From: an uncultured Bdellovibrionales bacterium
GTDB taxonomy: Bacteria; Bdellovibrionota_C; UBA2361; JBGSMV01
DNA: 57,434 nucleotides
Reading direction: 5' to 3'
Assembly (NCBI GenBank): GCA_964631745.1
Contig: CAZVWV010000003.1
Coordinates: 1 to 57,434 of the forward strand
Below are positions 1 to 8,337 of this stretch, piece after piece. Numbering within the stretch: the first letter of the stretch is position 1; each line of letters opens with the position of its first letter. The translations under genes were made by a program, and so were the position numbers. The notes beneath the pieces are model-generated. The model saw nothing but the letters and a program-made list of their open reading frames with translations. It did no database searches and was not told the DNA's origin.

Positions 1-229
1 CGCAACAATTCGAGAAGGCTTCGAAAAATCGAAGTTAAAATCGGATACTTAAGTCAGTTGGCTAAGTGGCATTGGCCGAGTCGACGGCGCTACTTAATAT
101 TCCTGCTTCGCGTTTACCTGGTGTGGCGTAGCAGAGAAGGGAACCTTTTTTGGCGGCTGGCCGTAAGGTTCCTATTTTGACTCCCGCGCCCAAGACGGCA
201 ATTATTGCTTATTGACCATAAAGATAAAA

Positions 230-247
230 TATTGTCACTAGACAATA
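230..247. promoter_or_regulatory. 18-bp palindrome, candidate HipB operator
   Basis: TATTGTC-ACTA-GACAATA, 66 bp upstream of hipB; same length and TAT...ATA ends as E. coli HipB operators. Confidence 0.5.
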
Positions 248-313
248 ATCAGGTAATATGGTCTAATGCCTATATTGCCTAACCGTTACCATCTTGCTTA
301 GAAAAAGGACCCT

Positions 314-568
314 ATGAAAAACGCCAGCATCTCTTCGCCCAGCGCTTTAGGGCAAGCCATTCGGATTGCAAGAACGGAACGGGAGTTAACCCAAAAAGAG
401 ATGGGCGCCAAAGTTGGCGTGGACCAGTCCACGGTATCTGGCGTGGAGAATGGTAACGCGGGAACGCGCCTAGATACTCTGTTTCATTTGCTGGCGGCGC
501 TCGATCTTGAGATAAGCTTGTGCTCACGCAAAGCTAAGCCGACTGCGAAAAATAGAGAAGAGTGGTAA
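314..568 (+). CDS. hipB: XRE-family HTH antitoxin HipB
   Basis: IRIARTERELTQKEMGAKVGVDQSTVSGVENG HTH; SD AAGGA; overlaps hipA start. Confidence 0.9.
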   Translation: MKNASISSPSALGQAIRIARTERELTQKEMGAKVGVDQSTVSGVENGNAGTRLDTLFHLLAALDLEISLCSRKAKPTAKNREEW

Positions 569-1917
569 AGATGGCTCAATCCAAAAAAACTCGGGAGCTG
601 TTCGTTTTCATGAATGGCTATCGTGTGGGCACACTACTAAAGATGCCCAGCGGTTCTCTCTCTTTTGTCTACCACAAGGATTGGCTTAGCTCGGAGATAA
701 GTCGCCCCATCTCGCTTTGCATGCCGCTTTCTACCAAGCGATTTTCGGGTGATTCTGTATACAATTTCTTCGATAACCTATTGCCCGATAGCGCCACGAT
801 TAGAAATAGAATTCAGCAGCGCTTTAAAGCAAAAACAAATCGTTGCTTTGATCTACTAAGCTATATCGGAAGGGACTGCGTGGGAGCCCTGCAAATTTCA
901 CCGCATCAGGAGGCGCCCAACGTAAAAAAGATCCGCAGCACCTGTCTAAAGGATAACGAGGTAGCGCAGTTACTTCGAGGTTACAGGACCGCCCCGCTTG
1001 GAATGCAAGAGGATGATGAGGATTTTCGAATCTCGATTGCCGGGGCACAGGAGAAAACCGCACTGCTGCGTATTCGTAAAAGATGGCACCGTCCGATCGG
1101 CAGCACTCCCACTAGCCATATTTTTAAACTTCCAATCGGGAAGCTTGAACATCATGGGATAGATCTCAGTCAAAGCGTTGAGAACGAATGGCTTTGCCAC
1201 CTGATTCTTAAGGAGTTTGGATTGCCTGTGGCCGCCTCAGAGATGGCAAGTTTTGAGGACCAGAAAGTACTAATCGTTGAACGCTTTGACCGTGTCTGGG
1301 CGGCGAAACATTCCTGGCTGATTAGACTTCCCCAAGAAGACCTGTGCCAAGCGCTCAAAGTCCCATCCAGTCTCAAATACGAGTCAGACGGTGGGCCTGG
1401 AATTGAATCAATAATGCGATTGCTAGTGGGATCCTCGAATAGCTTGGCAGACAGAAAACGATTTTTAACCACACAGTTCCTTTTCTGGCTATTGGCTGCC
1501 ATTGATGGGCACGCCAAGAATTTTAGTATTTTTTTGGAAACCGGCGGACGTTATCACCTTACACCGCTATACGATGTGATCTCAGCCTATCCATTAGTAA
1601 CTAATGGCGATATAGCGCAACAAAAATTGAAGATGGCTATGGCACTCTTAGGAAAGAATAACCACTACCGTTGGTCGGAGATTTTGCTTAGGCACTGGAT
1701 CGATACCGCCAAGCGCTGCCGTTTCCCAAAGAAAGAGATGCTAGCAATTATCGATCAAACCTTATCGAACGTAGAGCCTGTGATTCAACGTGTATCAAAA
1801 CAGATTCCCCGCAAATTTCCCGAACCAATCGTGGCATCGATCTTTGAAGGGATGCGCGGCGCTAAGAAGCGCTTTCGGGCGTTGGCTGTATCGGCTTCAA
1901 AAACCCGGGCGAAGTGA
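562..1917 (+). CDS. hipA: HipA Ser/Thr kinase toxin (start 562 GTG or 571 ATG)
   Basis: N-terminal couple_hipA region, ISIAGAQEK P-loop, IFKLP, ERFDR, QEDLCQAL, DGHAKNFS, LTPLYDV. Confidence 0.95.
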   Translation: MVKMAQSKKTRELFVFMNGYRVGTLLKMPSGSLSFVYHKDWLSSEISRPISLCMPLSTKRFSGDSVYNFFDNLLPDSATIRNRIQQRFKAKTNRCFDLLSYIGRDCVGALQISPHQEAPNVKKIRSTCLKDNEVAQLLRGYRTAPLGMQEDDEDFRISIAGAQEKTALLRIRKRWHRPIGSTPTSHIFKLPIGKLEHHGIDLSQSVENEWLCHLILKEFGLPVAASEMASFEDQKVLIVERFDRVWAAKHSWLIRLPQEDLCQALKVPSSLKYESDGGPGIESIMRLLVGSSNSLADRKRFLTTQFLFWLLAAIDGHAKNFSIFLETGGRYHLTPLYDVISAYPLVTNGDIAQQKLKMAMALLGKNNHYRWSEILLRHWIDTAKRCRFPKKEMLAIIDQTLSNVEPVIQRVSKQIPRKFPEPIVASIFEGMRGAKKRFRALAVSASKTRAK

Positions 1918-1938
1918 AAGCGCTGAGCGACAATATTA

Positions 1939-2002
1939 GGAGCGCAGGCGACCTCGCCTGCCGATCTTTGTAGTGGCAAGGCTCTTTAGGGCGCAGCCAC
2001 CA
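1939..2002 (+). repeat. REP-like dispersed repeat: motif A hairpin plus motif B
   Basis: GGAGCGCAGGCGACCTCGCCTGCCGAT (1939-1965) recurs at 26577-26602 and 26792-26817; TTAGGGCGCAGCCACCA (1986-2002) recurs at 40307-40323 and, reversed, at 26656-26673 and 26871-26888. Confidence 0.7.
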
Positions 2003-2048
2003 GCCTACTTGCCGTCCCCCAGTCCTAGCGGAAATATATGACTCCACT

Positions 2049-2103
2049 AAAGTAGAGTGTTATCTACTTTACTCTCTACCAAAGTAGAGTATTATATACT
2101 TTA
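2049..2103. promoter_or_regulatory. Two 23-bp quasi-palindromic direct repeats with 32-bp period, candidate operators
   Basis: AAAGTAGA-GTGTTA-TCTACTTTA (2049-2071) and AAAGTAGA-GTATTA-TATACTTTA (2081-2103) abut the ATG at 2105. Confidence 0.6.
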
Positions 2104-2104
2104 T

Positions 2105-3304
2105 ATGAATCAGCTAAGACGCATCGAAAATCAAATAGTGGGCGACCTTAAAGAGAAAATGGTCTGGCTTGCGGGCCCGAGGCAAACCGGGAAAACAACT
2201 ATTGCTAAGAGGTTGTGCGCTAGTTTCAAGGGGGAATATCTCAGTTGGGATATCGCTTCTAATCGACGAAGACTTAAAGAGGAAAAATTCTCGAACGAGT
2301 TTGATTTGTGGGTATTTGATGAAATTCATAAATTTAAACGATGGCGGAATTGGATTAAAGGTGTTTATGACGAGCATCACGATTCACATTCGATTCTAGT
2401 GACGGGTAGTGCCAGACTTGAGACTCTTTCGCGAGGAGGCGATTCCTTGCAGGGGCGTTATTTTTTACATCGGCTTCATCCATTCACCTTAAGTGAGTTA
2501 CTTGGACTGTCTCGCTCAAGCCCTGAGAGTTGGCTTGACGAGCTTCCGGAATTGACCACGCCTTGGACAAAGCAAATGGCTGAAGCTACACAACAGCTTA
2601 TGGAGCTAGGGGGATTTCCAGAACCGCTTTTTTCTGCTTCCTCGCGCAAAGCAAAACGTTGGCGCATGGGCTACGCGTCTCGGCTGGTAAGGGAGGAGCT
2701 TAGGGACCTTTATCAATTTCAGAATCTTGACCTGATTGAAACGCTATACGAACGATTGGCCGAGACGGTGGGAGCCCCGCTCTCAATTAAGCCGTTCGCG
2801 CGAGATCTTGAAGTTGCTTTTGAGACTGTAAAGTCTTGGATTGTGGCCTTTGAGCAACTTTACGCCTGTTTTCGTGTGGCACCATATGGTCCGCCAAAAA
2901 TCAAAGCTACTAAGAGAGATCATAAGCTCTATCTTTGGGATTGGGCGCGCGTCGAAACTGCCGGATTTAGGCTAGAAAACTTGGTTGCCTCCCATCTGCT
3001 TAGGTTTAGCCACTGGTGTGAGGATTTATTGGGTGAAAGAGTTGAACTTCGATATTTTAGAGATGTCGACGGACACGAGGTCGATTTTATTTTACTCAGA
3101 AAGAGAGCCCCTTGGATTGCAATTGAGGTTAAATCAAGTGAGCAGAAACTAGATTCGAACCTAAAGTACTTTTTGGAACGGGTCAAATGTCCGTTTGCCT
3201 TTCAATTACAGCTCAAGAGTAGAGATGATTACGGCCATACGGACATAAACGGGTGTAAAATAAGATGCGTTCCAGTCGAAAAATTTTTGGCGGCGTTGCC
3301 TTAA
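2105..3304 (+). CDS. AAA+ ATPase (AAA_14) with DUF4143/PD-(D/E)XK-like C-terminus, copy 1
   Basis: GPRQTGKT Walker A, FDEIH Walker B, TGSA, C-terminal EVDF...IEVK; ATG 2105 preferred over GTG 2057, which lies inside the repeats. Confidence 0.88.
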   Translation: MNQLRRIENQIVGDLKEKMVWLAGPRQTGKTTIAKRLCASFKGEYLSWDIASNRRRLKEEKFSNEFDLWVFDEIHKFKRWRNWIKGVYDEHHDSHSILVTGSARLETLSRGGDSLQGRYFLHRLHPFTLSELLGLSRSSPESWLDELPELTTPWTKQMAEATQQLMELGGFPEPLFSASSRKAKRWRMGYASRLVREELRDLYQFQNLDLIETLYERLAETVGAPLSIKPFARDLEVAFETVKSWIVAFEQLYACFRVAPYGPPKIKATKRDHKLYLWDWARVETAGFRLENLVASHLLRFSHWCEDLLGERVELRYFRDVDGHEVDFILLRKRAPWIAIEVKSSEQKLDSNLKYFLERVKCPFAFQLQLKSRDDYGHTDINGCKIRCVPVEKFLAALP

Positions 3305-3524
3305 CTTACTAAGCTCAACAAGTCCGCTTTCATTGGCGCTCTGCTTCTCTCCATCCTTAAAGTGAGCGAATCCCCTGAATATTTGTATCTGCTCGATAAG
3401 TGTGGGCAATTTCAGTCCGCCTTCGCTCACCACCACGATTGTCGGCAATGGTTTCAATGAGCTACGGCGAGAGGAAAGTACCTACTCATTAACTCCGGGT
3501 AACGCCGGGTGGGAATTGGCCCAC

Positions 3525-3598
3525 TCCGTGTATCGCCGTGATCTCAGTGGTGAAAATATTAAGAATTTTTTACCACTGAGGTCACGGAGATACACGGA
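3525..3598. repeat. 74-bp hairpin built from CACGGAG-like units, related to the MITE core
   Basis: About 32-bp stem with 1 mismatch and 2 G-T pairs; centre GAAAATATTAAGAATTT resembles the MITE centre GAAAATATTGAGAATTT. Confidence 0.7.
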
Positions 3599-3865
3599 AC
3601 AAAAAACTACCCTGAGTTTATGAGCAATTACGAGAGGAAATTGCTCACTTAAGGGCTTTGCCTCCATTTTTGAGCAATCACGAATATTTACCTACCTCGA
3701 TAGGTAAAAACCACCTCTTTTACATATAAAAACAGGGGTTTATGGATCGGGGGCAACCCTAAACCCTTAATAATCAAGAATTTACCGGGTTTGGCCGATT
3801 TTTCTATATCGACTATATCGGCAATTATGTCTGGCCTCATTCTTGCCCTTTATGACCAACGCACT

Positions 3866-5218
3866 ATGACAAATGTAACCTATCGAATTCTTATCGTAGA
3901 AGACGTGGACTCCCTGCGTGAGGTCCTAAAGACCGTGCTTGAGCATGAAGGCTTTGCGGTTGACGCTTATGCCTCGGCCGAAGAGGCGCTGGTAGGTCTA
4001 ACCGGTAAACAGTTCGACTGCATCTTGGCTGACTTTAAGTTGCCGGGTAAAAACGGAATTGAGTTGCTGAAAGCCGTGCGCGAGATATCTGCCGGTGTGC
4101 CTTTCATAATCATGACTGCCTTTGGTTCGGTTGAGATTGCAGTCGAGGCCATGAAGCATGGAGCTAATGATTTTATCACCAAGCCTTTTGAGCCCGCTAT
4201 GCTCTCTTCCATGCTGAAACAAGTTATTGAACATAAACGTATCATCGATAGAGGCTTAGGGCATCGTACCAGGAGAGATCGTACTTTTCTTACGAATAGC
4301 GCCAGTGCAGAACGGCTGTTGCACCAGGCTCGGAAAGTCGCACGTGTTGATACTTCGGTTTTAATTCTGGGCGAAAGTGGCACGGGCAAGGAGCTAATAG
4401 CGCGATTTATTCACGAACAAAGCCCCCGCAGCGCTAAACCTTTTGTTGCCATAAATTGTGCTGCCATGCCCGCCGATCTTTTAGAGAGCGAATTTTTTGG
4501 ATATGAGGCCGGAGCCTTTACGGGCGCAACCCAGACAAGGCTCGGCATCCTGGAGATCGCTTCCGAGGGCACCATTTTTCTGGATGAAGTCGGTGACATG
4601 CCTTTCAATTTGCAGGTTAAACTCCTTCGCGCCTTGCAGGAAGGGGAGATTAAACGCGTCGGTGGAAACAAGATTATTAAAGTCTCACCTCGAATTTTGG
4701 CTGCAACCAATCATAATGTTGAGGAGGCTTTAGAGAAGGGATTGTTACGCGAGGATTTTTACTACCGCATTGCGGTGGTTACGCTGACCGTGCCTCCTCT
4801 TAGAGAGCGCATGGAAGATATCGAGATGCTTTCCAAGTATTTTATTGAGTACTTCTGTTGCGCCACTGGGAAGAAGGCGCTCGAAGTCGAGAAGAGCACA
4901 ATGGAAGCCATTAGAGGATACGCCTGGCCCGGAAATATTAGGGAGCTCGAAAACGTAATCGAGCGTGCGGTCATCCTGGCCGATGAAAAGATTTTTCCCG
5001 AACATTTAGGGATTACATTAGAGCGCAGCATTAATTCAATGGGCGAAGCCTCGGTTTCCTTGTCGGAGATCTCCGCACAAGCCTCACGCAAGGCGGAAAT
5101 AGATATAATTCGACGAATTCTTGGGCAGACCTTGGGGAATAAATCTAAAGCGGCTCAGATTCTTGGCGTGAGCTATAAGACCCTGTTAAATAAAGTTAAA
5201 GAATATCACCTTGCCTGA
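3866..5218 (+). CDS. Sigma54-dependent response regulator (NtrC/AtoC family: REC-AAA+-HTH)
   Basis: ILIVED, LADFKLP, FITKPF receiver; [20 protein letters not shown]; GVSYKTLLNK HTH; start uncertain (3791, 3827 or 3866). Confidence 0.92.
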   Translation: MTNVTYRILIVEDVDSLREVLKTVLEHEGFAVDAYASAEEALVGLTGKQFDCILADFKLPGKNGIELLKAVREISAGVPFIIMTAFGSVEIAVEAMKHGANDFITKPFEPAMLSSMLKQVIEHKRIIDRGLGHRTRRDRTFLTNSASAERLLHQARKVARVDTSVLILGESGTGKELIARFIHEQSPRSAKPFVAINCAAMPADLLESEFFGYEAGAFTGATQTRLGILEIASEGTIFLDEVGDMPFNLQVKLLRALQEGEIKRVGGNKIIKVSPRILAATNHNVEEALEKGLLREDFYYRIAVVTLTVPPLRERMEDIEMLSKYFIEYFCCATGKKALEVEKSTMEAIRGYAWPGNIRELENVIERAVILADEKIFPEHLGITLERSINSMGEASVSLSEISAQASRKAEIDIIRRILGQTLGNKSKAAQILGVSYKTLLNKVKEYHLA

Positions 5219-5816
5219 GGTTCTCAGGCAAGGCACCGAAAATCAATTCCCATAGTTTGTCCGGCTGGCTTGATAGAATCAGAGCTTTTCCAGCCACCTG
5301 GAAATCGTCAGAAAGCGCCAGCAGGCGCTCTTTGTGTTCTTGTTTATTGAGTTTGTCAGTCTTAGTTAGCACCACCTGTAGATTTTTCTCTACTCGATTT
5401 GCCAATTCCAACACTGAAATTTCATCTTGGGCGGGAGCGCGCCTACAATCTTGCAAAAGCAAGATTGTTTTTAGCTGTTTGCGTTCCAAAATATAATCGA
5501 CGATCATTTTGCTAAATTTTTGGCGGTCTTCTTTAGAGAGTTTTGCGTAACCGAATCCGGGAAGATCTACGAAATGAAAGGTCCTAGTGCGATTGGAGCA
5601 ATCATCAGCGGCTATCTTATAAACGTTAAAGGTGCGGGTTTTCCCTGGCGTTGAGCTTGAATGCGCTAAGGATTTTCTGCTTACCAGTTTGTTTATGAGG
5701 GTGGATTTGCCCACATTTGAACGACCGATAAAAGCCACCTCAGGGAAATCATGCTCAGGCAAATCTTGGGGTTCGGTCCAGGAGCCTAAGAAGTCGGCGA
5801 CTCTTATCTTAGTCAT
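5196..5816 (-). CDS. engB: Ribosome biogenesis GTPase YihA/EngB
   Basis: G1 GRSNVGKS, G2 PGKT, G3 DLPGFG, G4 TKTD. Confidence 0.93.
   Translation of the reverse strand: MTKIRVADFLGSWTEPQDLPEHDFPEVAFIGRSNVGKSTLINKLVSRKSLAHSSSTPGKTRTFNVYKIAADDCSNRTRTFHFVDLPGFGYAKLSKEDRQKFSKMIVDYILERKQLKTILLLQDCRRAPAQDEISVLELANRVEKNLQVVLTKTDKLNKQEHKERLLALSDDFQVAGKALILSSQPDKLWELIFGALPENLRQGDIL
5209..5233. terminator. Perfect 11-bp hairpin at the convergent gene junction, possible bidirectional terminator
   Basis: CCTTGCCTGAG-GTT-CTCAGGCAAGG; no clear U-tract. Confidence 0.4.
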
Positions 5817-5970
5817 TCGTATCGACCGAATTGGGGCTAGAATCGAGCGCGCGTGAAATCTTTCTATCGATAACGAAGAGATAGATGCAGATCATAAGCC
5901 ACAATACGGCGTAACCCCAAAATAGACTTGGAAAGGTGTTTGGAACTACTTCAAGTGTCTCGGGGTTCAT
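5809..5970 (-). CDS. ccmD: Heme exporter protein CcmD (53 aa, absent from the ORF track)
   Basis: Hand translation MNPETLEVVPNTFPSLFWGYAVLWLMICIYLFVIDRKISRALDSSPNSVDTND; one TM followed by basic residues; SD AAGGA; directly after ccmC. Confidence 0.75.
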   Translation of the reverse strand: MNPETLEVVPNTFPSLFWGYAVLWLMICIYLFVIDRKISRALDSSPNSVDTND

Positions 5971-6012
5971 ATTCTATTATTCCTTTTAACCTAGAAAGAG
6001 CAGTTGAATCTA

Positions 6013-6708
6013 CTACGGTTGCGAATATGTCTGAATCTCTTGAAGTTTTCTAGTTTCAAGCAATCCAATCTTATACCTTAACCAAATCAATTGAAACTGG
6101 AATATGATCATGGCGGCCATACCCACGAACATAGCTTCATAGAAGAGAGGATCGCGTAGTCCGCGATTGCCGACTACTTGAGGATGGAGCTGCGCCATGC
6201 TGGGCAGTAGTTGGATGGAAAAGACCACAATCGGAACTGTAATTGCGCCCAAAATGCCAAGAACGGCGCAGTGCTCCGGAAGTTTGGTCTTATCTCCAAA
6301 CACGCGCAACAGAATTAGCCCCAAGAATATGAGAAGCAAAATCAAAAATGTTACAAGCCGCGGCTCCCATCTAAACCAGGTATTCCAGGCGGCATGACCC
6401 CAGATCATGCCGCTGCTCATAACCATTGCGGCAAAGAGAAAGGCCACCTCAGAGGCTGCCTGCATTAGAATGTCAAAGCGCGCATCCCGCAGAGCGAGAT
6501 AGCCCAAGCTGCCTATCAGTATCACGGCCGCCGCACAATAACAGGCCATAGCGGCGCCCACATGAAAGTAGAAAATTCGCTGTACTGGGCCCATCAGGCG
6601 CTCATTTGGCACTACCATAAATACCAGATAGATCTCGTAAAGCATCAAGAAACCCGAAACGATCGTGAGTGTGCTAAAGCCGTATCTAGTTAAATAGTTC
6701 TGTTTCAA
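6013..6708 (-). CDS. ccmC: Heme delivery protein CcmC
   Basis: FYFHV His, WGHAAWNTWFRWEPRL Trp-rich motif, second His in QLHP; follows ccmAB. Confidence 0.9.
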   Translation of the reverse strand: MKQNYLTRYGFSTLTIVSGFLMLYEIYLVFMVVPNERLMGPVQRIFYFHVGAAMACYCAAAVILIGSLGYLALRDARFDILMQAASEVAFLFAAMVMSSGMIWGHAAWNTWFRWEPRLVTFLILLLIFLGLILLRVFGDKTKLPEHCAVLGILGAITVPIVVFSIQLLPSMAQLHPQVVGNRGLRDPLFYEAMFVGMAAMIIFQFQLIWLRYKIGLLETRKLQEIQTYSQP

Positions 6709-6715
6709 GAGTGCC

Positions 6716-7393
6716 TCAACCCTTTAAGCAATGCTCGAATAGCCATGCGCCCAAGGTCAAATATAAGAGGTCCAGTCCAACAAGTAAACCGAGCCAGATC
6801 GAGTCGAATAGGGAGCCACCCTCATAAATGCTAATGAAGCTTAACTCGCTGCCTGCAAAGAAAAGCGGGAGAGAAAGCGGCAGTAGGAGTAGGGGTAGCA
6901 GGAGCCCTTTAAGCTGGCTATTGACGCTGATGGCCGCCAGCAAAGTAGCCAAGCAGGTGAAGCCAAAAATGGTAGCGCACGAAATTACGAAAAACGCCAA
7001 AAAGGCTGCGCTGATATCGACATCCAGAAAGGCCGCTAAGGCGAAGGCAGAAAAGAAATGTCCGCAGATTAAGATTAAGAAGTTCGAAAGTAACTTGGCC
7101 AGGAAGATAGCAGGCGATGATATCCCGGTCAGTAAAACGCCCTCATAAGCGGCGTTTTCCATCTCGTATTCATAGCTTCGGGAGCTTGCGAGCGTGCCAC
7201 AAAGGATTGAAATTAACCAAAGCAGTGGAATATAAATTTTTGTTACGGTTGGCATCGGTAAGAATAAATTATTGATGCCAAGCGATACCGTCAGAGCCAG
7301 CAGTAAAGAGAGACTAATTAACAAGGTAAGGCTCTCTTTGCGCCGCAGTTCAAGAGCCAAGTCTTTTTTAAACAGCACCCAGAAGGCCTTCAT
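6716..7393 (-). CDS. ccmB: Heme exporter permease CcmB
   Basis: KKDLALELRRKE start, multi-TM, LLPLLLLPLSLPL motif. Confidence 0.9.
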   Translation of the reverse strand: MKAFWVLFKKDLALELRRKESLTLLISLSLLLALTVSLGINNLFLPMPTVTKIYIPLLWLISILCGTLASSRSYEYEMENAAYEGVLLTGISSPAIFLAKLLSNFLILICGHFFSAFALAAFLDVDISAAFLAFFVISCATIFGFTCLATLLAAISVNSQLKGLLLPLLLLPLSLPLFFAGSELSFISIYEGGSLFDSIWLGLLVGLDLLYLTLGAWLFEHCLKG

Positions 7394-8046
7394 CGGTTTC
7401 TTCCTGAATATAGCTGGGCTATGGAGTGAGGGTCTCCGGAGAGTTCGCTGTCGTTTGCAATCTTGCCGTTTTCGAGGAGCACCACTCGGGTGCAGATCGG
7501 AAGAAAGCGGGCTAGGTCATGCGTGGCGATAAGGACCCCGCAATTTTTCAACTCTGAGAGCTCCCTCACCAAAATGGAAAAAGCGTGATCATCTAAGGAG
7601 GAACTCGGTTCGTCTAATAAAAGATATTTGGGTGAGTTGAGCAATGCCCGCGCCAGCGCGCAGCGGTATTGGGTTCCTCTAGATAAACTGCCAACTCTGC
7701 GGTTAGCTTCTTTGGTCAGTTCCCAGCGCGCAATCAGTTGGGAGATGGAGATCGATAAGCCCAGTAACTCAGAAAAAAGTTTAAAGTTCTCACGAACCGA
7801 TAAATCGGAGTAAAGATTAGTTTGGTGCCCCAAATAACTGGTCTGGGGAGCTTGAATTGCGGCTCGTTTTCCGGAGTCGGGCCGCAACAGTCCCGCGCCA
7901 ATGCGTAGGAGGGTGGACTTGCCAGCGCCGTTGGCGCCAAGAAGCAGCACGATACTGTGTTGTGATATGCGAAGAGAGACTCCCTGCAACACCTTGGTGG
8001 CGCCGAAATCTTTCCTGATACCTTCTAGTTCAAATGCCGACGGCAA
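7390..8046 (-). CDS. ccmA: Heme ABC exporter ATPase CcmA
   Basis: GANGAGKS, YLGHQ, LSRGTQ signature, LLLDEP; 4-bp overlap with ccmB. Confidence 0.88.
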   Translation of the reverse strand: MPSAFELEGIRKDFGATKVLQGVSLRISQHSIVLLLGANGAGKSTLLRIGAGLLRPDSGKRAAIQAPQTSYLGHQTNLYSDLSVRENFKLFSELLGLSISISQLIARWELTKEANRRVGSLSRGTQYRCALARALLNSPKYLLLDEPSSSLDDHAFSILVRELSELKNCGVLIATHDLARFLPICTRVVLLENGKIANDSELSGDPHSIAQLYSGRNR

Positions 8047-8072
8047 CTATTTCCTCAACTTTTTCTGAATTT

Positions 8073-8333
8073 TTATATCTCGCCCAGGGCCCGTAAGACC
8101 TTCGAGAGATCCAAGGATAAAGAGGTTTTCATTGGCAGAAAGTCGCTCTCATTTATCTTCCTAGTCTTCAGATCGAGTTCTAGATCGCGAAGCACGCGTA
8201 ACAGCCTCTCGCGTTCCTCCACTAAGTCATTACGCGCAAGCACGCTATTACCAGCATCGCCATGCCGAAAGTATGGCAGCACCAGAAGCCAGGCAACCAG
8301 TATTCCAACGACTATCGAGGCAAATGTTTCCAT
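8073..8333 (-). CDS. Short CcmI/CycH N-terminus-like membrane protein
   Basis: TM ending LVLPYF, then LRDLELDLKTRKINESDF coiled segment typical of the CcmI N-terminus; lies between ccmF and ccmA. Confidence 0.6.
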   Translation of the reverse strand: METFASIVVGILVAWLLVLPYFRHGDAGNSVLARNDLVEERERLLRVLRDLELDLKTRKINESDFLPMKTSLSLDLSKVLRALGEI

Positions 8334-8337
8334 GAAA

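Noticed and set aside
1-52. Possible 3-prime end of an upstream gene (frame 2, ATIREGFEKSKLKSDT*)
   Set aside because: Too short to support or identify
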